In this document: positions 50,608 through 64,000 of the stretch, piece after piece
How positions within the stretch are numbered: position 1 is the first letter of the stretch
Layout of the letters: every line of letters begins with the position of its first letter
Assembly (NCBI GenBank): GCA_002633005.1
Contig: NMRA01000106.1
Coordinates: 38,940-102,939 of the forward strand
Origin: Phoronis australis
Lineage: Eukaryota; Animalia; Phoronida
Length of the DNA stretch: 64,000 bases
Direction of reading: 5' to 3'
The notes under the pieces: model-generated
Told to the model about the DNA's origin: nothing
What the model saw: the letters and a program-made list of their open reading frames with translations, nothing else
The model's database searches: none
Position numbers and translations under genes: made by a program

Positions 50608-50752
50608 TATTACACGCTCTCAGTCGTAATCCCCCTTACCTAGAGCTCTTGTGGATTTATCAGAATTATTGCCCATGGGTCTAACGCTCCTCGGGTGATA
50701 ATTCTCCATAATCCACTCGGGCTCTAGATTACTGAGGATGACGAGATTGTCA
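50608..50752. repeat. short degenerate palindromic element
   Basis: CTAGAGCTCTTGTGGATTTATCAGAATTATTGCCC inverted with GGGTGATAATTCTCCATAATCCACTCGGGCTCTAG. Confidence 0.6.
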
Positions 50753-51189
50753 AGTTATCAGAGCAGTTGATTAAAAAACAGGTGATCAAGTTATCGCACC
50801 ACATTTTGTATTGTTACGAGTGGCTGTGGGTTACCCTTCAACATCAGATTAGATCAGAAGTGATTTTGAATTTTGTTTACCACCCGAAATCTTCAAGAAT
50901 TAGCTTAGTTGCTTATGATAGTCCTCAGGGTATAGCAAGGCTGCTTTACTTTCAGCAAACTCAAGGCATGTACAATATCTTGTTCGACTGTCTGAATATC
51001 TGAACATTTTCTAGACTTGACTATTATCAAGGAGTGTTCTTTTATAAATGACAAGGAAACGATTCCAAAGCCACGCCCTTGAATTCCAGCTACCGTACAT
51101 TCCTCTCAACTCAAGTCCCGCACCAGTAAACACTGACCCCCTGGTACAAATTCCATACTCAACGGGTTCCACACCCATGGTTTAGGTCT

Positions 51190-51395
51190 GGAATTTGGTC
51201 AACAGGTATTCTATGGAGTTTGGTTCACAGGAATTCTATTGGAGTTTGATCAACAAGTATTCTATGGAATTTGATCCCTAGGTATTCTATGGAGTTTGAC
51301 TCCTACATATAGGTATTTTATGGAATGTGGTCCCTAGATGCTCCATGGAGCTTGGTTCCCAGGTATTCTTTGGAGTTTGGTCAACAGATATGGAG
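51190..51395 (+). repeat. degenerate short tandem repeat
   Basis: Repeated GGTATTCTATGGAGTTTG-like units. Confidence 0.7.
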
Positions 51396-51721
51396 TATTT
51401 TCGGCGCCTTAGTGTCGGGGGCGTATGATGGGTTTGGAGCTTGCTGATTCAAGACTGTGGTTAAGGGATCATAGTTGGAATTCAGACTCAGAGCCATGAA
51501 ATCCTTTCCACCACTGAGGATAAGCTGCTAAGCTACATCCCAGGTCAAACTTAACACCATGAGAAACATTAAAGTTACACTACTGACAAGTGGTGCAACA
51601 TTGGAAGGATACCAAAACATTATTTGAGAAATTTAATTTTTGAGCTCTTAGAACTTTTCGCAGCTCCTGGGATTACATTACATCCAAGTCTCTAGTTTGA
51701 CACAATCTCTGCTTTCAGGAC

Positions 51722-52262
51722 ATGGCCTTACAAGATCGGATGAAAAAGCCGAGTTGGAGATTAGAATTTCCAGTTTGTTTAGAGCAGTTTACTTCCCAAA
51801 GATTTCTACCATGTCTTCATTCATTCTACGGAAAGTGTTTGGCACAACACATGGTAAAGAAGAAAGAAAAAGGGGAGTTTCATTGTCCCATAATGCAAAG
51901 CATCCTGTTCCACAGGAAGGTGTGATTGGCTTGTCGAAAGAAACATTTATCGTTTCGATATAGAGATTTTTCCCAAACAAAACTTATACCACATGTGACA
52001 TATGCAAAAAGGATGGCCGTGACATACAACCTGCTCCCATGTGTATTCAGTGTCGGGTCTTTGTAGTGTCAACAATGCCGCAAGGTTTACAGTCAGTGGT
52101 ATCTGACTCACAAATACTCACAATGTAATCAAATTAGAAAGAGTCTCAATTGACCAGTATGTGTACGAACTTCCACATTACCAAAAAGTGTATTGCACTG
52201 TTAATGAAACAAGGAATCGGAAATCTACTGGGAACAATGTGAGGTGCCCATATGTCTGTAGA
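51722..52262 (+). pseudogene. decayed TRIM (RING-B-box-B-box) gene copy, antisense in an APOOL intron
   Basis: LEFPVCLEQFTSQRFLPCLHSFYGKCL...FHCPI (RING with lost Cys), TCDICKKDGRDIQPAPMCIQC (B-box 1) and VYCTV / NKESEIYWEQCEVPICL* (B-box 2), with frameshifts and stops. Confidence 0.8.
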
Positions 52263-52360
52263 TTTAGTAGCGTATTTCATCCTTAAAAGTTTGATATGGA
52301 CAACTGTACATTTTACAGACAGTATAGAATAAAGCGTATTCTATTCTACTCCATACTCAC

Positions 52361-52429
52361 CTCACACACTTTTGGTCCTTCCTGGCTGTCAGTTGTGATG
52401 GAGTTCATGTTGTAAGCTGACCCGTTGAA
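52361..52429 (-). CDS. APOOL: MIC26/27 upstream exon (start codon exon not resolved)
   Basis: 69 bp, donor GAG/GTGAGT, phase 0. FNGSAYNMNSITTDSQEGPKVCE joins to give KVCELEIY (cf. APOO KVDELSLY). Confidence 0.7.
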
Positions 52430-55400
52430 CTACCAAATGGAACAATTAAATAACAGACAAGTTGTTACTATAAGAGGAAGTAACAATACAAGATAGGAAG
52501 AGTGAGGTAATACTTAAAACCCCAAAGTGCGTAGGATACAAAATCAATAGACAGCTAATAAGCAGGAACGAAATGCTGACTTTAAACTTCAAAGCGCAGA
52601 ACTAGATCAGTTTGAAGCGCCGTTGTACTCTGAGCAATTAGCAATCACCGAGTTTTCTGTAAGAGATAACTCGCCTACTCGCCGCTGCATACCTTCTACA
52701 ATAGAATTATGATGGCTGATGAAAGTGTATATGTGTCAGTGCCTACTATTGACTTCAGTGTGCCTGAGTTTCAAGCAATACAATTCACAAAATTATAATT
52801 GTCTTACAACTCTTGTAATAACCGAGATTTCTCGACCACGCAAATTGAACCAGCGACCCCGAGCGTGCTAACCATTCAGCTAATAGGTAATTGCCCGTTA
52901 GCGAGAGGCTAACAGAGGCTCATATAATATTATGATTCACCGGAAGCACTTTCACAATAGTAGAATTGATATACCGCAAAAATACATAACTAGAATGGAG
53001 AACTATGTCAATAATGTGGAATTGTGTCAAATAAGGATAACTTAAACTCGTTCATAAAAGCTTCAATAGCAGTTCGACTTACGACAGCGAAGTGTTTTGC
53101 TTTACATGGGCCAACTGCTCAGGATAAGTTTGGTCTCCTTAACTTTTGAGCTTGTGTGTGGCATAGTAATGATTAGCTTATCAAATGTGGCACGGTAGTA
53201 GAAATGTCTCAGTGTTGGTATGACAGCAGACTGGTGCACTGCTTTCATCTTTGCTCACGCGTACCTAATTCATATGCATACATACATAATATGCTTGTGA
53301 AATTAATAGACGAGGCCTGAAGATCTGGCATAAAACGTGTAGCAGCCTTTTACTTTGATTTTTTTTTGTTTTTCGTACAACAGCAGATTGGTCGGTAAAC
53401 GAGTTCATGAGTTTTGTTCATATGAGTTGTACATTCTGTGTTTCGAAGTGGTTACACACATTTAGAAATTCCGGAAAATTAGGTGATAAATGATGTTTCC
53501 TAATGAGTTCTTCTTGACGCTGAGGGAAATGGGTTTGTTCCCTATTTCATTTAGATACTATATCTCTCAAGGCTGATGTGAAATTTCACGGTGACACTGA
53601 AAGAGTGGCATTATCGTTATTAGATTGTGACTTTTATCCGGAAATCAATATCAGTGGCAATTCCGCCTCTGAGGGATTCCAACACTGAAGAATTTCTTGC
53701 ATTTAAATGAACATGCGCTTGAAACTGTGTTCTCGATATGAATTTATAGTATAAGCATTGTACATGTTTAAGTGGTCTTTTACAGAGAGGGCCTCCATAT
53801 TCGATAAAGTATAGATCTGTACTAGGTTACTTAAATGTACTTTTTAATAAAGTGTAGTAATATTGTATTGAATGGGTCAAGTGCTAATGACTAGTCCGTT
53901 GATGTGCTATGTTGTTGCATATGGTTATAGGAGTTCTGGATGTCACTTTGGAGATTAATTAGTGTTGGCAAATTGTAAACATGTGTTGCTTATTCGTAAT
54001 TTAATTTGCATCTACGATAAAGAATGAGAGACTTCCCAGACACAAGTTCTAGTATAACCAGAGTATTTTGCAGTAACTTGGGGGTTTTGTTTTGTATTGC
54101 TGCTTTTGAATTTTCAAATTTTCCGTCATTGACGCAGAGAACCTGGGGAGTTCTTGTAGGAGTTACCTGAAGTTTTGTATAATTGAAGACAAAATAGATT
54201 TTTTGTGTGGAATAGAAAATGACAGAATTCGCCAGTTTCACAATGTCGGTGTCTATTATATGGTTTTAGAATCATTTTATTGTTTATCTTTGTGCAAATT
54301 GTGAATGTTGCATTAAAGCTGCCGTACGTCTATCAAAATTTTGTGTTTTGTATTTCCACCATTTGCTGAGAATTATGGCTGAAACCTTTTGTTCTGTACC
54401 GCAGGCAAACGAATTTCCCCATGACTCATAACCATATGAATAGTATTCAGTGGTGATCGAGGAACAGATGAACTCAAGTGCTTGTGGTTGTAAACACTAA
54501 ATGTCTTCAAGGTACTCTAAGTTTCACATTTTTTCCATTTTGCAGCTGAGGACATGTCATGCCAGAGTTGCTATACCATAAGTACTCCACACATGCATCT
54601 GAGGACATGTCATATTCTCTTGCTGTATCATACGTACTCCAGTAGACACGCACACAAGTTCTTATTGTCTTGCTTTGAACACTCATATCATCGTTTACCC
54701 AGTTTACCATTACATATTACGTCAACACAGAAGGGAGGGTGAGAAAACATAACCGTTGGTGAACCCCCCATATGTTTCTGTAGTTGATATTAAGTGCTCA
54801 TCTTGTCTTAAATTTAATGTCCGAGGCATTACATCAGATATATAGCGAACTGTGCTATTATAATGGTTAAAACGGGAGAATGCCCATATGGTTTATTCAC
54901 AAGTAACAATAACGTTCCTGGAAGCATTGAATTCCAAGTCGCAACACTAACCATATTGGAGGTATTGTAACTTAAATTTATCCACGGTTGGATTTTGAAC
55001 TATGCTCAACCCAGACGATGCTGATGGTAGGTTTAGTAAAAATGCCTATTTTCCAAATGAAACTTAGAACGGTGAAATCGAATTTCTGGAGCTGTGTCAT
55101 TTAAAAATTGCGTCCCCACTGGCTTAGGTAAAACAGGAAAACTCGTGTATGTACACCAATTTTGACTTTTTAAAACTTAAGTGTAATATGACAGCTGGCG
55201 CGAAAATAAAGCAGGCCACTAAAGAGTTTGTATTTTTTGACAAGTTAATCATCTATACTTCAAAATAACTGAAAATTAGTTGAGAGGGAATGGTCTGCGG
55301 TAATTATACGTTCGTTATTGAATCGTTTACTATTAAAATGAAATAACAAAATCCGTTGGCTTTCACAGTAATAAATATTATCAATATATAGATGACAAAA

Positions 55401-56694
55401 CTTATTAAAATGGAAATTTGGAAAACTTCATAAGTTAAGCGTTTTTTTTGTGAAATTTTGTTGAAACATAGGTACCGGTCGGGTACCCAAGTTTCCGGTC
55501 CGCCTATGACAGAAGGGATCATTAGGCGCGAAATTGGCAAAAGTGGTGGCGATGGGGTGGAATTTGAAATTTGGGATCACGGCCGGGGGAGCAAAAGTTT
55601 GTCAAAGTCAATTTGAATACCAACAACAAATCAACATGACCTGTAGAAATAACGCTGCTCTGAGATCTGTGGCGAACACATCTTCCACACAAACGCTCAT
55701 CAACTCGATTAAAAATGCCAAATGCCCAATTTCCAACAACCAATGATCATTAATCAATGTGCCTTGGACGACGAACAAGAAGCGGTAAACGCTCTTAAAA
55801 AGATGTGAGAAACATCAAGATTTGATAAGAAGTTAATTGCATGACCTCCCACAATGGAGATGTAGTCGTAAATTATGTATTATCAAAATATGAAGAAGAC
55901 CAAAAATGTACTAAAACATAACCGGAAAGTAGTCTGGCTCACCTTGGGTGTTCGGAAATCAGTAGAAAGATATATTTTCACAACTACAAAAATACAGATG
56001 GGTGTGTAACATTATAATCTAGTAGTGTTTCTGGCTTTATCAGTTAAAAACGCAGTCGTCCACAAGATTTCCTACTAGTTGGTTAAGTTTAGAGAATAAT
56101 CCCTTGCAAATGGATGATGTTTCCGAGTCTCCGATGGGGGTCACCTTTGCAAGGAATTTCCATACAAATAGATCCCTGTCTGAGTCCACTATGTTAATGG
56201 TTGGATGTTCTAGTGTTCTTGCTGAACCCTCCATCAAAACTCAGTACTCCAGGAGTAGTGAGACGAAGAACGGTGGCGGTCACACGTGCCAGTCTGATCA
56301 GGCACGTTGGGCACAAGCCATTACTCTCAGTTTCCAAATAAAAAATGCCTCACTTTATTGTCTTCATAGGTTTTGCACGTATAAAGCTATCGTGAATGCG
56401 TACAAGACAATTTTGAAACTGGTGCACTTTCGCCATAACGTGATCGAGTCTTAGTTGTTTCTCGATTTTGTTCATGTGCACATTAACCAATGCAAGATTT
56501 ACCGTGGGGCTAGCTAGATACTTTGGGTCCCGTTCAGGGTTTGGGAAGATAAAGAAGCAGGAGGAAGGACAAGGAGGTTCCAAAATGGTGGGCAAGAAGT
56601 TTTTGGACAGGTAGCTCAATCGACCGTTATGTTGAACAGAAAAAATATTAAGCAATTAACATTTCCAGTTTCGTCCCTTTTGTATCATGCGTAT

Positions 56695-57265
56695 TAGCAA
56701 GCTGGTCTGCAAATCAACGCCGAGAAAACCAAGACGATATGCATAACGCCGGGCAAAATGGCCATCTCAGTGGCTGGGAAAGCGATAGATGTCCAGTCGT
56801 TCACATATCTGTGTAAAATGGTCAGCACTATGGGTGGAACAGGAGAAGACGCCAGGGCTCGTATTTAGAATGTCCGTCAAACGCATGCCATGGTGAAACA
56901 TGTGAGGAAGTCCAAACCGTCCCTGAAAACTAAACTCAAGAACTTCAACTCAAAACTGTCCGCTCCGCTTTACGGCTCAGAGAGTCTGACATATAGTGAC
57001 TTACAAAGTCCATCATCGACAATGTCCTAGTATTTGTAAACAGAAATGTGCGTAAAATTCTGCAAATCAAGTGCTCTGATAGAATAACGAATGAAACTGT
57101 GTGGATCAGAGCAGGGCAGGAAGCCACAGAGAGCCAGAGTACGAGAAGGAATTGGAGGTGGATTAGTGGTCACCTGCTACAAAAGCCGAATGCCAATACC
57201 ACCAGGCTTTTAACTGGAACCCCCAAGGAAGTAGGAAGCGAGGCTGATCTGTGCAAAACTTTGGT
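56695..57265 (+). mobile_element. RTE-clade LINE 3' fragment (RT C-terminus), decayed
   Basis: GLQINAEKTK, SFTYL, GGTGEDARARI, LKTKL, LYGSES, RKILQIKCSDRITNE, RRNWRWISGHLL, GSRKRG. Confidence 0.88.
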
Positions 57266-58109
57266 AAAACTGTGACGTCTGAATACTTCTTTAGGTGGCC
57301 AGAGGCGTAAGTGAATAATATTAGCAAGTATGCAGACGAGTTATGAATATATTTCCAAGCGTTTTCTAAACTGCGCGAGATGTTTAGGCATTCAGTCATG
57401 TGCGATCACACTCACGTATCTTGAAAATTTTCGTAATTCTTTTCTTCGGTAAATGTCTATCAAAAATCAAACGACGACGACTGAAACCTTTATATTTTAC
57501 TGAATTTCGCTTACCGAATCCCTGAAAACACCATTATTTTTGGCCTTTAGAAAGTTTAATATGCCGATATTGCAAAAAATATAGCTGTCTTGTTTCACTG
57601 CCCTTCATGGTAGTTAATTGTGACATTTTTACAAGAACATTCATCTTTGAAACTCATTTAAATGTGTATTCGGTTTTATTTCCATTTGCATTTTTGAAAA
57701 AAAATTTACAGCATATAACAAAATCCATTTTTTAAAGTTCATGACGCAATCCATTATTCTTAACTTCACGGTTTGTACTGAGATACTTGTGTCCTCGATG
57801 TTGCTAAGTAACCCATTGCGTCATCCTTTGTTCTTTCCATTTGTTTTTAGCAACTAGCCTCATAACAACTTCGACCACCAAGCTGTCAAGACGTGTTTGG
57901 TGATAGCTCCAGTCATGTGATTCGAGATGCGCATGTTCAGCTAACGTGTCGTTACCTGGACGACGCCTTCCTCTAAGTGCAGGTTAGCAACTAATCATGG
58001 TCTTGTTGGACAGTGTTCCTATGTTTTTTTGCCAGTATTACAGTTTATTTTCCTTCGTAGCTTAATTGATTCAGTTGACAAAAATATCCTTTCACAATCA
58101 ACTGATTAA

Positions 58110-58745
58110 TTTTTTTACTGAAACATTTATTAATTCGACCAACCAGTACATAGTTGTACAGCAATATGAAATCTAGTCAAGTACATCAGACAAATTATGG
58201 ACATTATTGAACCCTATAAAAGCTAGTTGCTAGGCAAAAAAGAAGACCACCTTGCCTGGAATCTCTCAGGGTCCAATTTGCAATTGTAAATAATTTTTCC
58301 AGGTTGTGGTAATCACACACTTCACGTAAAAATGACTGAAAATTGTGCTTAGTCTTTGAAGTCTTGCCTATATAAATGAAATTTCGCTAAGCAAAGAATT
58401 AAATTTACAACTTCTAATCTACAGTCTGGATCTCCAAACAAGGCGGTAGACATATTTAACTGCAAAGGGAAATCGCACTGATTTATCATCCATGTTTTTA
58501 AACTTCTGAACAAGTGAACATTCCCAATACAAATGTAGAATTGTTTCTTCGTGTTGCTCACAAAAAGAACACAAAGACGATTCACTAACACCTATTTTCT
58601 TTAAATGAGAGTATGCACTAATAAGTCTGTGGTTGATACGGAATTGAAACCATCTGAGTCTGAAGTACAATGATAAATTACAGAATGATTTTTTTCCGAG
58701 ACTGAGTATCATCGCATAAGTTAATTTCTCTCTCCCACTTGTAGC
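58110..58745 (-). mobile_element. L1/Tx1-clade LINE 3' fragment (zf-RVT)
   Basis: LRWFQFRINHRLI...CSFCEQHEETILHLYWEC...VNLILCLAKFHLYR; AATAAA and a short A-run at ~58110-58132 on the minus strand. Confidence 0.88.
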
Positions 58746-59558
58746 AGTGTTTCTATGTTGATTAGTGGCATAAAGACTTATCTACTAGTAGTCCATAGCA
58801 TCCAGATTATATATGTTCTTTGTGTATTGCAACTGAACTTTAGTGTTGGACATATTTGCATTTTTATAGATCTCCTCTGGGCGAAAGCTTTCAATTGCAG
58901 AGAGTCGACTAACGAAGGAGAAGCGACCCAGCTTTCCTACGGCTACACTGATAAAGTTCGACTCGCCCAATGGAGGCTGTCTAAGGGTGATAGAGCACTC
59001 GAGACAAAGAGGACACCATCTACTCCGTCTCGTACCGCCCGGCTCTAGAACCTACATGGAGAGGAAGTTACCAATAGTCTACAAAAGTACACGTGATATA
59101 TCATCAGCTGAACGGCGATCGGCGAACCCACTGATGGAGAGTAAGACCAGACACTGCTACGTGAAGGTATTTCACTTGTCGAGTCAACTATTACAAGTAA
59201 ACAAATGTGTACCTTTACCATTGGTCATCGGATGAAACAGAATAATGACCCGCAGAGGTCTTCGCAAGTTTAAACTTAAAATGAACCATCCTTATAAGGC
59301 ACACCATTGGATAATACGCATGACGCACACTCGTAGTTCTGTACCTTTGCAGTAGACGTGTGACGTCATGCTTCATATTAGTGGGAGTCGGCAGAACACT
59401 GTGAATGGTCAAACGTAAATTCAATTCACTTTTCATCTTCACATATGGTTACTTGTAAACAAGAGGACGTTGCAAATCCGTGATTCTCGACTGTTCCGCG
59501 CTTGCATCAACAGGCCTAGTGTGGTTAAGTGCTTGGTAGATGATCAAAGTTGATGAAC

Positions 59559-62500
59559 TGTGGACATCGTTTTATGATCAAAGAAAAGACTGACTGTTAC
59601 CATCCGTGTGCGAAATGGGCACGTGCACGGGGAAAACCTTTTTAGACAAAAGACGGTCGAATTGTAAGTGGCGGACCAAGACATAGCTCAACAGTCAGAA
59701 AACGCGAGGAAACGTCTAAAAGTAAAACCACTGTGTTACGAGAACTTGCGAACTTTTAAATTGTAATTTTAAAAAACTCAACGTGGATATCGTCCTGTGA
59801 TCGAGACTGACTGCTGCCTTCAGTGTGCGAAATGGGCACGTGCACGGGGGAGGACCTTTAGACAGAAGATGGTCTAATTGTAAGTGGCAGATCTACAGCC
59901 AGAAAACGCGTTGTAACGTTTAAAAAGTAAAACCATGCCACTGTGTTACGAGAATTTGCGCACCGTCGAATTGTAAGTTTTAAAAATCTCAATGTGGACA
60001 TCATCCTCTGATCAAGAGACTGACTGTACCTTCCGTGTGCGAAATGGGCACGTGCACGGGGGTACCATTTTAGACAAAGGGCGGTCTAATTGTAAGTGGC
60101 AAATCAAGACATCACTCTACAGTGAATTGTAATTTTTAGAAATCTCAATGTGGACACCGTCTTATGATCAAGCGACTGACTGTACCTTCCCTGTGCGAAA
60201 TGGGCACGTGCACGGGGTTACCCTTTTAGACAGAAGACGGTCCAATCGTATGTGGCGGATCAAGGCATCATTCTACAGTCAATTGTAACTTATAGAAATC
60301 TCAATGTGGACACCGTCTTATGATCAAGAGACTGACTGTACCTTCCGTGTGCGAAATGGGCACGTGCACGGGGTACCCTTTTAGACAGAAGACCGTCCAA
60401 TCGTATGTGGCGGATCAAGGCATCATTCTACAGTCAATTGTAACTTATAGAAATCTCAATGTGGACACCGTCTTATGATCAAGAGACTGACTGTACCTTC
60501 CGTGTGCGAAATGGGCACGTGCACGGGGTACCCTTTTAGACAGAAGACCGTCCAATCGTATGTGGCGGATCAAGGCATCATTCTACAGTCAATTGTAACT
60601 TATAGAAATCTCAATGTGGACACCGTCTTATGATCAAGAGACTGACTGTACCTTCCGTGTGCGAAATGGGCACGTGCACGGGGTATCCTTTTAGACAGAA
60701 GGCAGTCTAATTGTAAGTGGCGGATCAAGAAATCACTCTACAGTCAAATATAACTTTTAGAAATCTCTAAGTGGACATTGTATTATGATCAAGAGACTGA
60801 CTGTACCTTCCGTGTGCGAAATGGGCTCGTGCACGGGGGTACCCATTTAGACAGAGGACGGTCTAATTGTAAGTGGCGGATCATGACATCACTCTACACT
60901 CAATTGTAAATTTTAGAAATCTCAATGTGGACAACGTCTTATGATCAAGAGACTGACTGTACCTTCCGTGTTCGAAATGGGCACGTGCACGGGTGTACCA
61001 TATTAGGCAGAAGACGTTCTAATTGTAAGGGGTGGATCAAAACATCAGTCTACATTCAATTGTCACTTTTAGAGATCTCAATGTGGGCATCGTCTTATGA
61101 TAAAGACACTGACTGTTAGCTTCCGTGTGCGAAATGGGCACGTGCACGAGGGTACCGTTTTAGACAGAAGACAGTCTAATTGTAAGTGACGCATCAAGAC
61201 ATCACTCTACAGTCAATTATAACTTTTAGAAATCTCAATGTGGACACCGTCTTATGATCAAGAGACTGACTGTACCTTCCGTGTGCGAAATGGGCACGTG
61301 CACGGGGTATTCTTTCAGACAAGAGACAGTCTAATTGTAAGTGGCGGATCAAGACATCACTCTACAGTCAATTGTAACTTTTAGAAATCTCAATGTGGAC
61401 ATTGTCTTATGGTCAAGTGACTGACTCTACCTTCCGTGTGCGAAATGGGCACGTGCACGGGGGTACCCTTTTAGACAGAAGATGGTCTAATTGTAAGTGG
61501 CGGATCAAGACATCACTCTACAGTCAATTTTAACTTTTAGAAATCTCAATGTGGACATCGTCTTATGATCAAGAGACTGGCTGTTACTTTCCGTGTACGA
61601 AATGGGCATGTGCACGGGGGTACCGTTTTAGACAGAAGACGGTCTAAATGTAAATGGCGGATCAAGACATCACTCTACGGTCAAATGTAACTTTTAGAAA
61701 TCTTAATGTGGAAACCGTCTTATGCTCAAGAGACTGACTGTACCTTCTGTGCGAAATGGGCACGTGCACGGGGGTATTTTAGACAAAAGACGGTCTAATT
61801 GTAAGTGGCGGATCAAGACATCACTCTACAGTCAACTGTAACTTTTAGAAATCTCAATGTGGACATCGTCTCATGGTCAAGTGACTGACTGTACCTTCCG
61901 TGTGCGAAATGGGCACGTGCACGGGGGTACCATTTTAGACAGAGGGCGGTCTAATTGTAAGTGGCAAATCAAGACATCACTCTACAGTCAATTATAACTT
62001 TTAGAAATCTCAATGTGGACACCGTCTTATGATCAAGAGACTGACTGTACCTTCCGTGTGCGAAATGGGCACGTGCACGGGGTATCCTTTTAGAAAGAAG
62101 GCAGTCTAATTGTAAGTGGCGGATCAAGGCATCACTCTACACAAAATTGTAATTTTTAGAAATCTCAATGTGGACATCGTCTTGTGATCAAGAGACTGAC
62201 TGTACATTCCGTGTTCGAAATGGGCACGTGCACGAGTGTACCATGTTAGGCAGAAGACGTTGTAATTGTAAGGGGTGGATTAAAACATCACTCTACATTT
62301 AATTGTGACTTTTAGAAATCCCAATGTGGACATCGTCTTATGATCCAGAGACTGACTGTTAGCTTCCGTGTGCGAAATGGGCACGTGCACGGGGGTACCG
62401 TTTTAGACAGAAGATAGTCTAATTGTAAGTGGCGCATCAAGACATCACTCTACAGTCAATTGTAACTTTTAGAAATCTCAATGTGGACACCGTCTTATGA

Positions 62501-63010
62501 TCAAGAGACTGACTCTACCTTCCGTGTGCGAAATGGGCACGTGCACGGGGGTACCGTTTTAGACAGAAGACGGTCTAATTGTAAGTGGCGGATCAAGACA
62601 TCACTCTACAGTCAATTGTAACTTTTAGGAATCTCAATGTGGACATCATCTGGTAATCAAGAGACTGACTGCTACCTTCCGTGTGCGAAATGGGCACGTG
62701 CACGGGGGTAACCTTTTAGACAGAAGACAGTCTAAGTGGCGGATCAAGACATCACTCTACAGTCAATTGTAACTTTTAGAAATCTCATTGTAGACATCGT
62801 CTAATGATCAAGAGACTGACTGCTACCTTCCGTGTGCGAAATGGTCACGTGCACGGGGGAGGACCCTTTTAGACAGAGGACGGTCTAAATGTAAGTGGCG
62901 TATCAAGACATCACTCTACAATCAGAACACGCGTGGTAACTTCTATAAAGGAAAACCGCTGTGTTACGAGAATTTGTGCACTTTTAAATTGTAACTTTTA
63001 AAAATCTCAG
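59559..63010 (+). repeat. tandem satellite, ~155-bp unit, about 21 units (terminal units ~210-220 bp)
   Basis: AATGTGGA recurs at 60303, 60458 and 60613 (period 155); core GTGTGCGAAATGGGCACGTGCACGGGG. Confidence 0.95.
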
Positions 63011-63319
63011 TGTTTAAATTGATATGCATATAGTATCTATATTTACATTTTATTTAACCTCTAATATTAATCATAGTTTACTTTATTATGACGTACAAGT
63101 TGTTTGTAAATAAATACTGCAAAAATCAATAAATTGTTATACAATTACAGGCTCATCTTTCGTGTGTATGCTTCGGGGTACTCCATTCGCGGCTGGGTAT
63201 CTCAGTTGGGAAGGGTACGCCGTTAACATTTTTTAGCAAACAATGAAGAACTTTACCGTTGATTTCTATCTGTCTTCCAATCGTATGTCGCAATAACATT
63301 GAGCCAACAAGGTGTACTT

Positions 63320-64000
63320 CAGTGGCGGATCTACGTTTTCAGTAAGGGGGGGTGTAAGATTCCCGCAAAGGTCGAATCCTAGGCGCGTGGCGTCGAGCGG
63401 GGGAAGTCGGGTGGGAGGAACATTTTTTGTTTTTGTAGCCAAATAGGGAAATTTCCATGCATCCTGGTAAGTTTCTGGCACTTAACAGGTCTCTGGAGTT
63501 TTTCTTAAGATGATTAAAAACCCTTCTAGATTTCGTCACATGAACTTGGCTCATAAGTTTCGTGAAACCATTATTGTGCACATCTGGGTATGAGTCACGC
63601 CACCATCAAAATTTTTTGTTGGAACATCTGCTTACACACACTTTTTTTAGCATACGAAAAGTCGTATACGAAAAAGTGTGGTGTGTATACAAGGGTTTAG
63701 ACAACTTCCAAATATTCAAGAGCATAAAGAGCACCGACGTGGCGTAAAAACTTGAATATCGGATGATCGCGTAACAGCAGCCTCAAGTTGTCTAAGAACG
63801 AAGACCTGTACTGTTAGTCCGGAAATAAACATGTGTTCTGTCTCGTAACGAGAAAAACAGGCGAACGATGGTGCTCTCAGCTCATAGTCTATTATTAAAA
63901 GCGACAATAAATAATTAAGTATCTCTTTATTAAGCTGAATCACGTTGACAACAATTGAAAAACGTCAAATGTTTCAGGAAACAAATCATCTGAAAACAGT
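63320..64000 (+). mobile_element. second copy (left part) of the 34074-37535 element
   Basis: Colinear with 34074-34780 from the same CAGTGGCGGATCTACG terminus. Confidence 0.9.

Noticed and set aside
59559-63010. 155-bp array as CRISPR, retrozyme or CENP-B-box satellite
   Set aside because: No variable spacers, no CTGANGA core, and no TTCG-N4-A-N2-CGGG match in the consensus on inspection.

Overview
Eukaryotic, AT-rich, intron-containing, repeat-dense DNA from a draft assembly. It has N gaps and single-N joins with duplicated overlaps. The repeat repertoire suggests a marine invertebrate, possibly a mollusc or other lophotrochozoan (inference). Three host genes can be reconstructed by hand from splice sites and reading phases. 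(1) RNF32 on the minus strand, 7 phase-consistent coding exons at 1693-11168. (2) Only the first coding exon of ZNF207/BuGZ (+, 13326-13366), ending in a U12-type GTATCCTTT donor and lying head-to-head with RNF32. (3) A MICOS MIC26/MIC27 (APOO/APOOL) gene on the minus strand, 7 exons at 42764-52429, 5' end not resolved. The rest is nested mobile DNA: Helentron/pearl-like elements carrying arrays of CTCF-like motifs, CA...TG elements with 5-bp TSDs, an internally deleted Kolobok element, a Harbinger MITE and Myb exon, foldback palindromes, RTE and L1/Tx1 LINE fragments, a decayed TRIM copy and a ~155-bp satellite. The most unusual signal is a short, apparently spliced non-histone terminal exon (14226-14293, -) followed immediately by two tandem histone-type 3' stem-loops. 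All protein and family assignments come from recalled motifs, not database searches.
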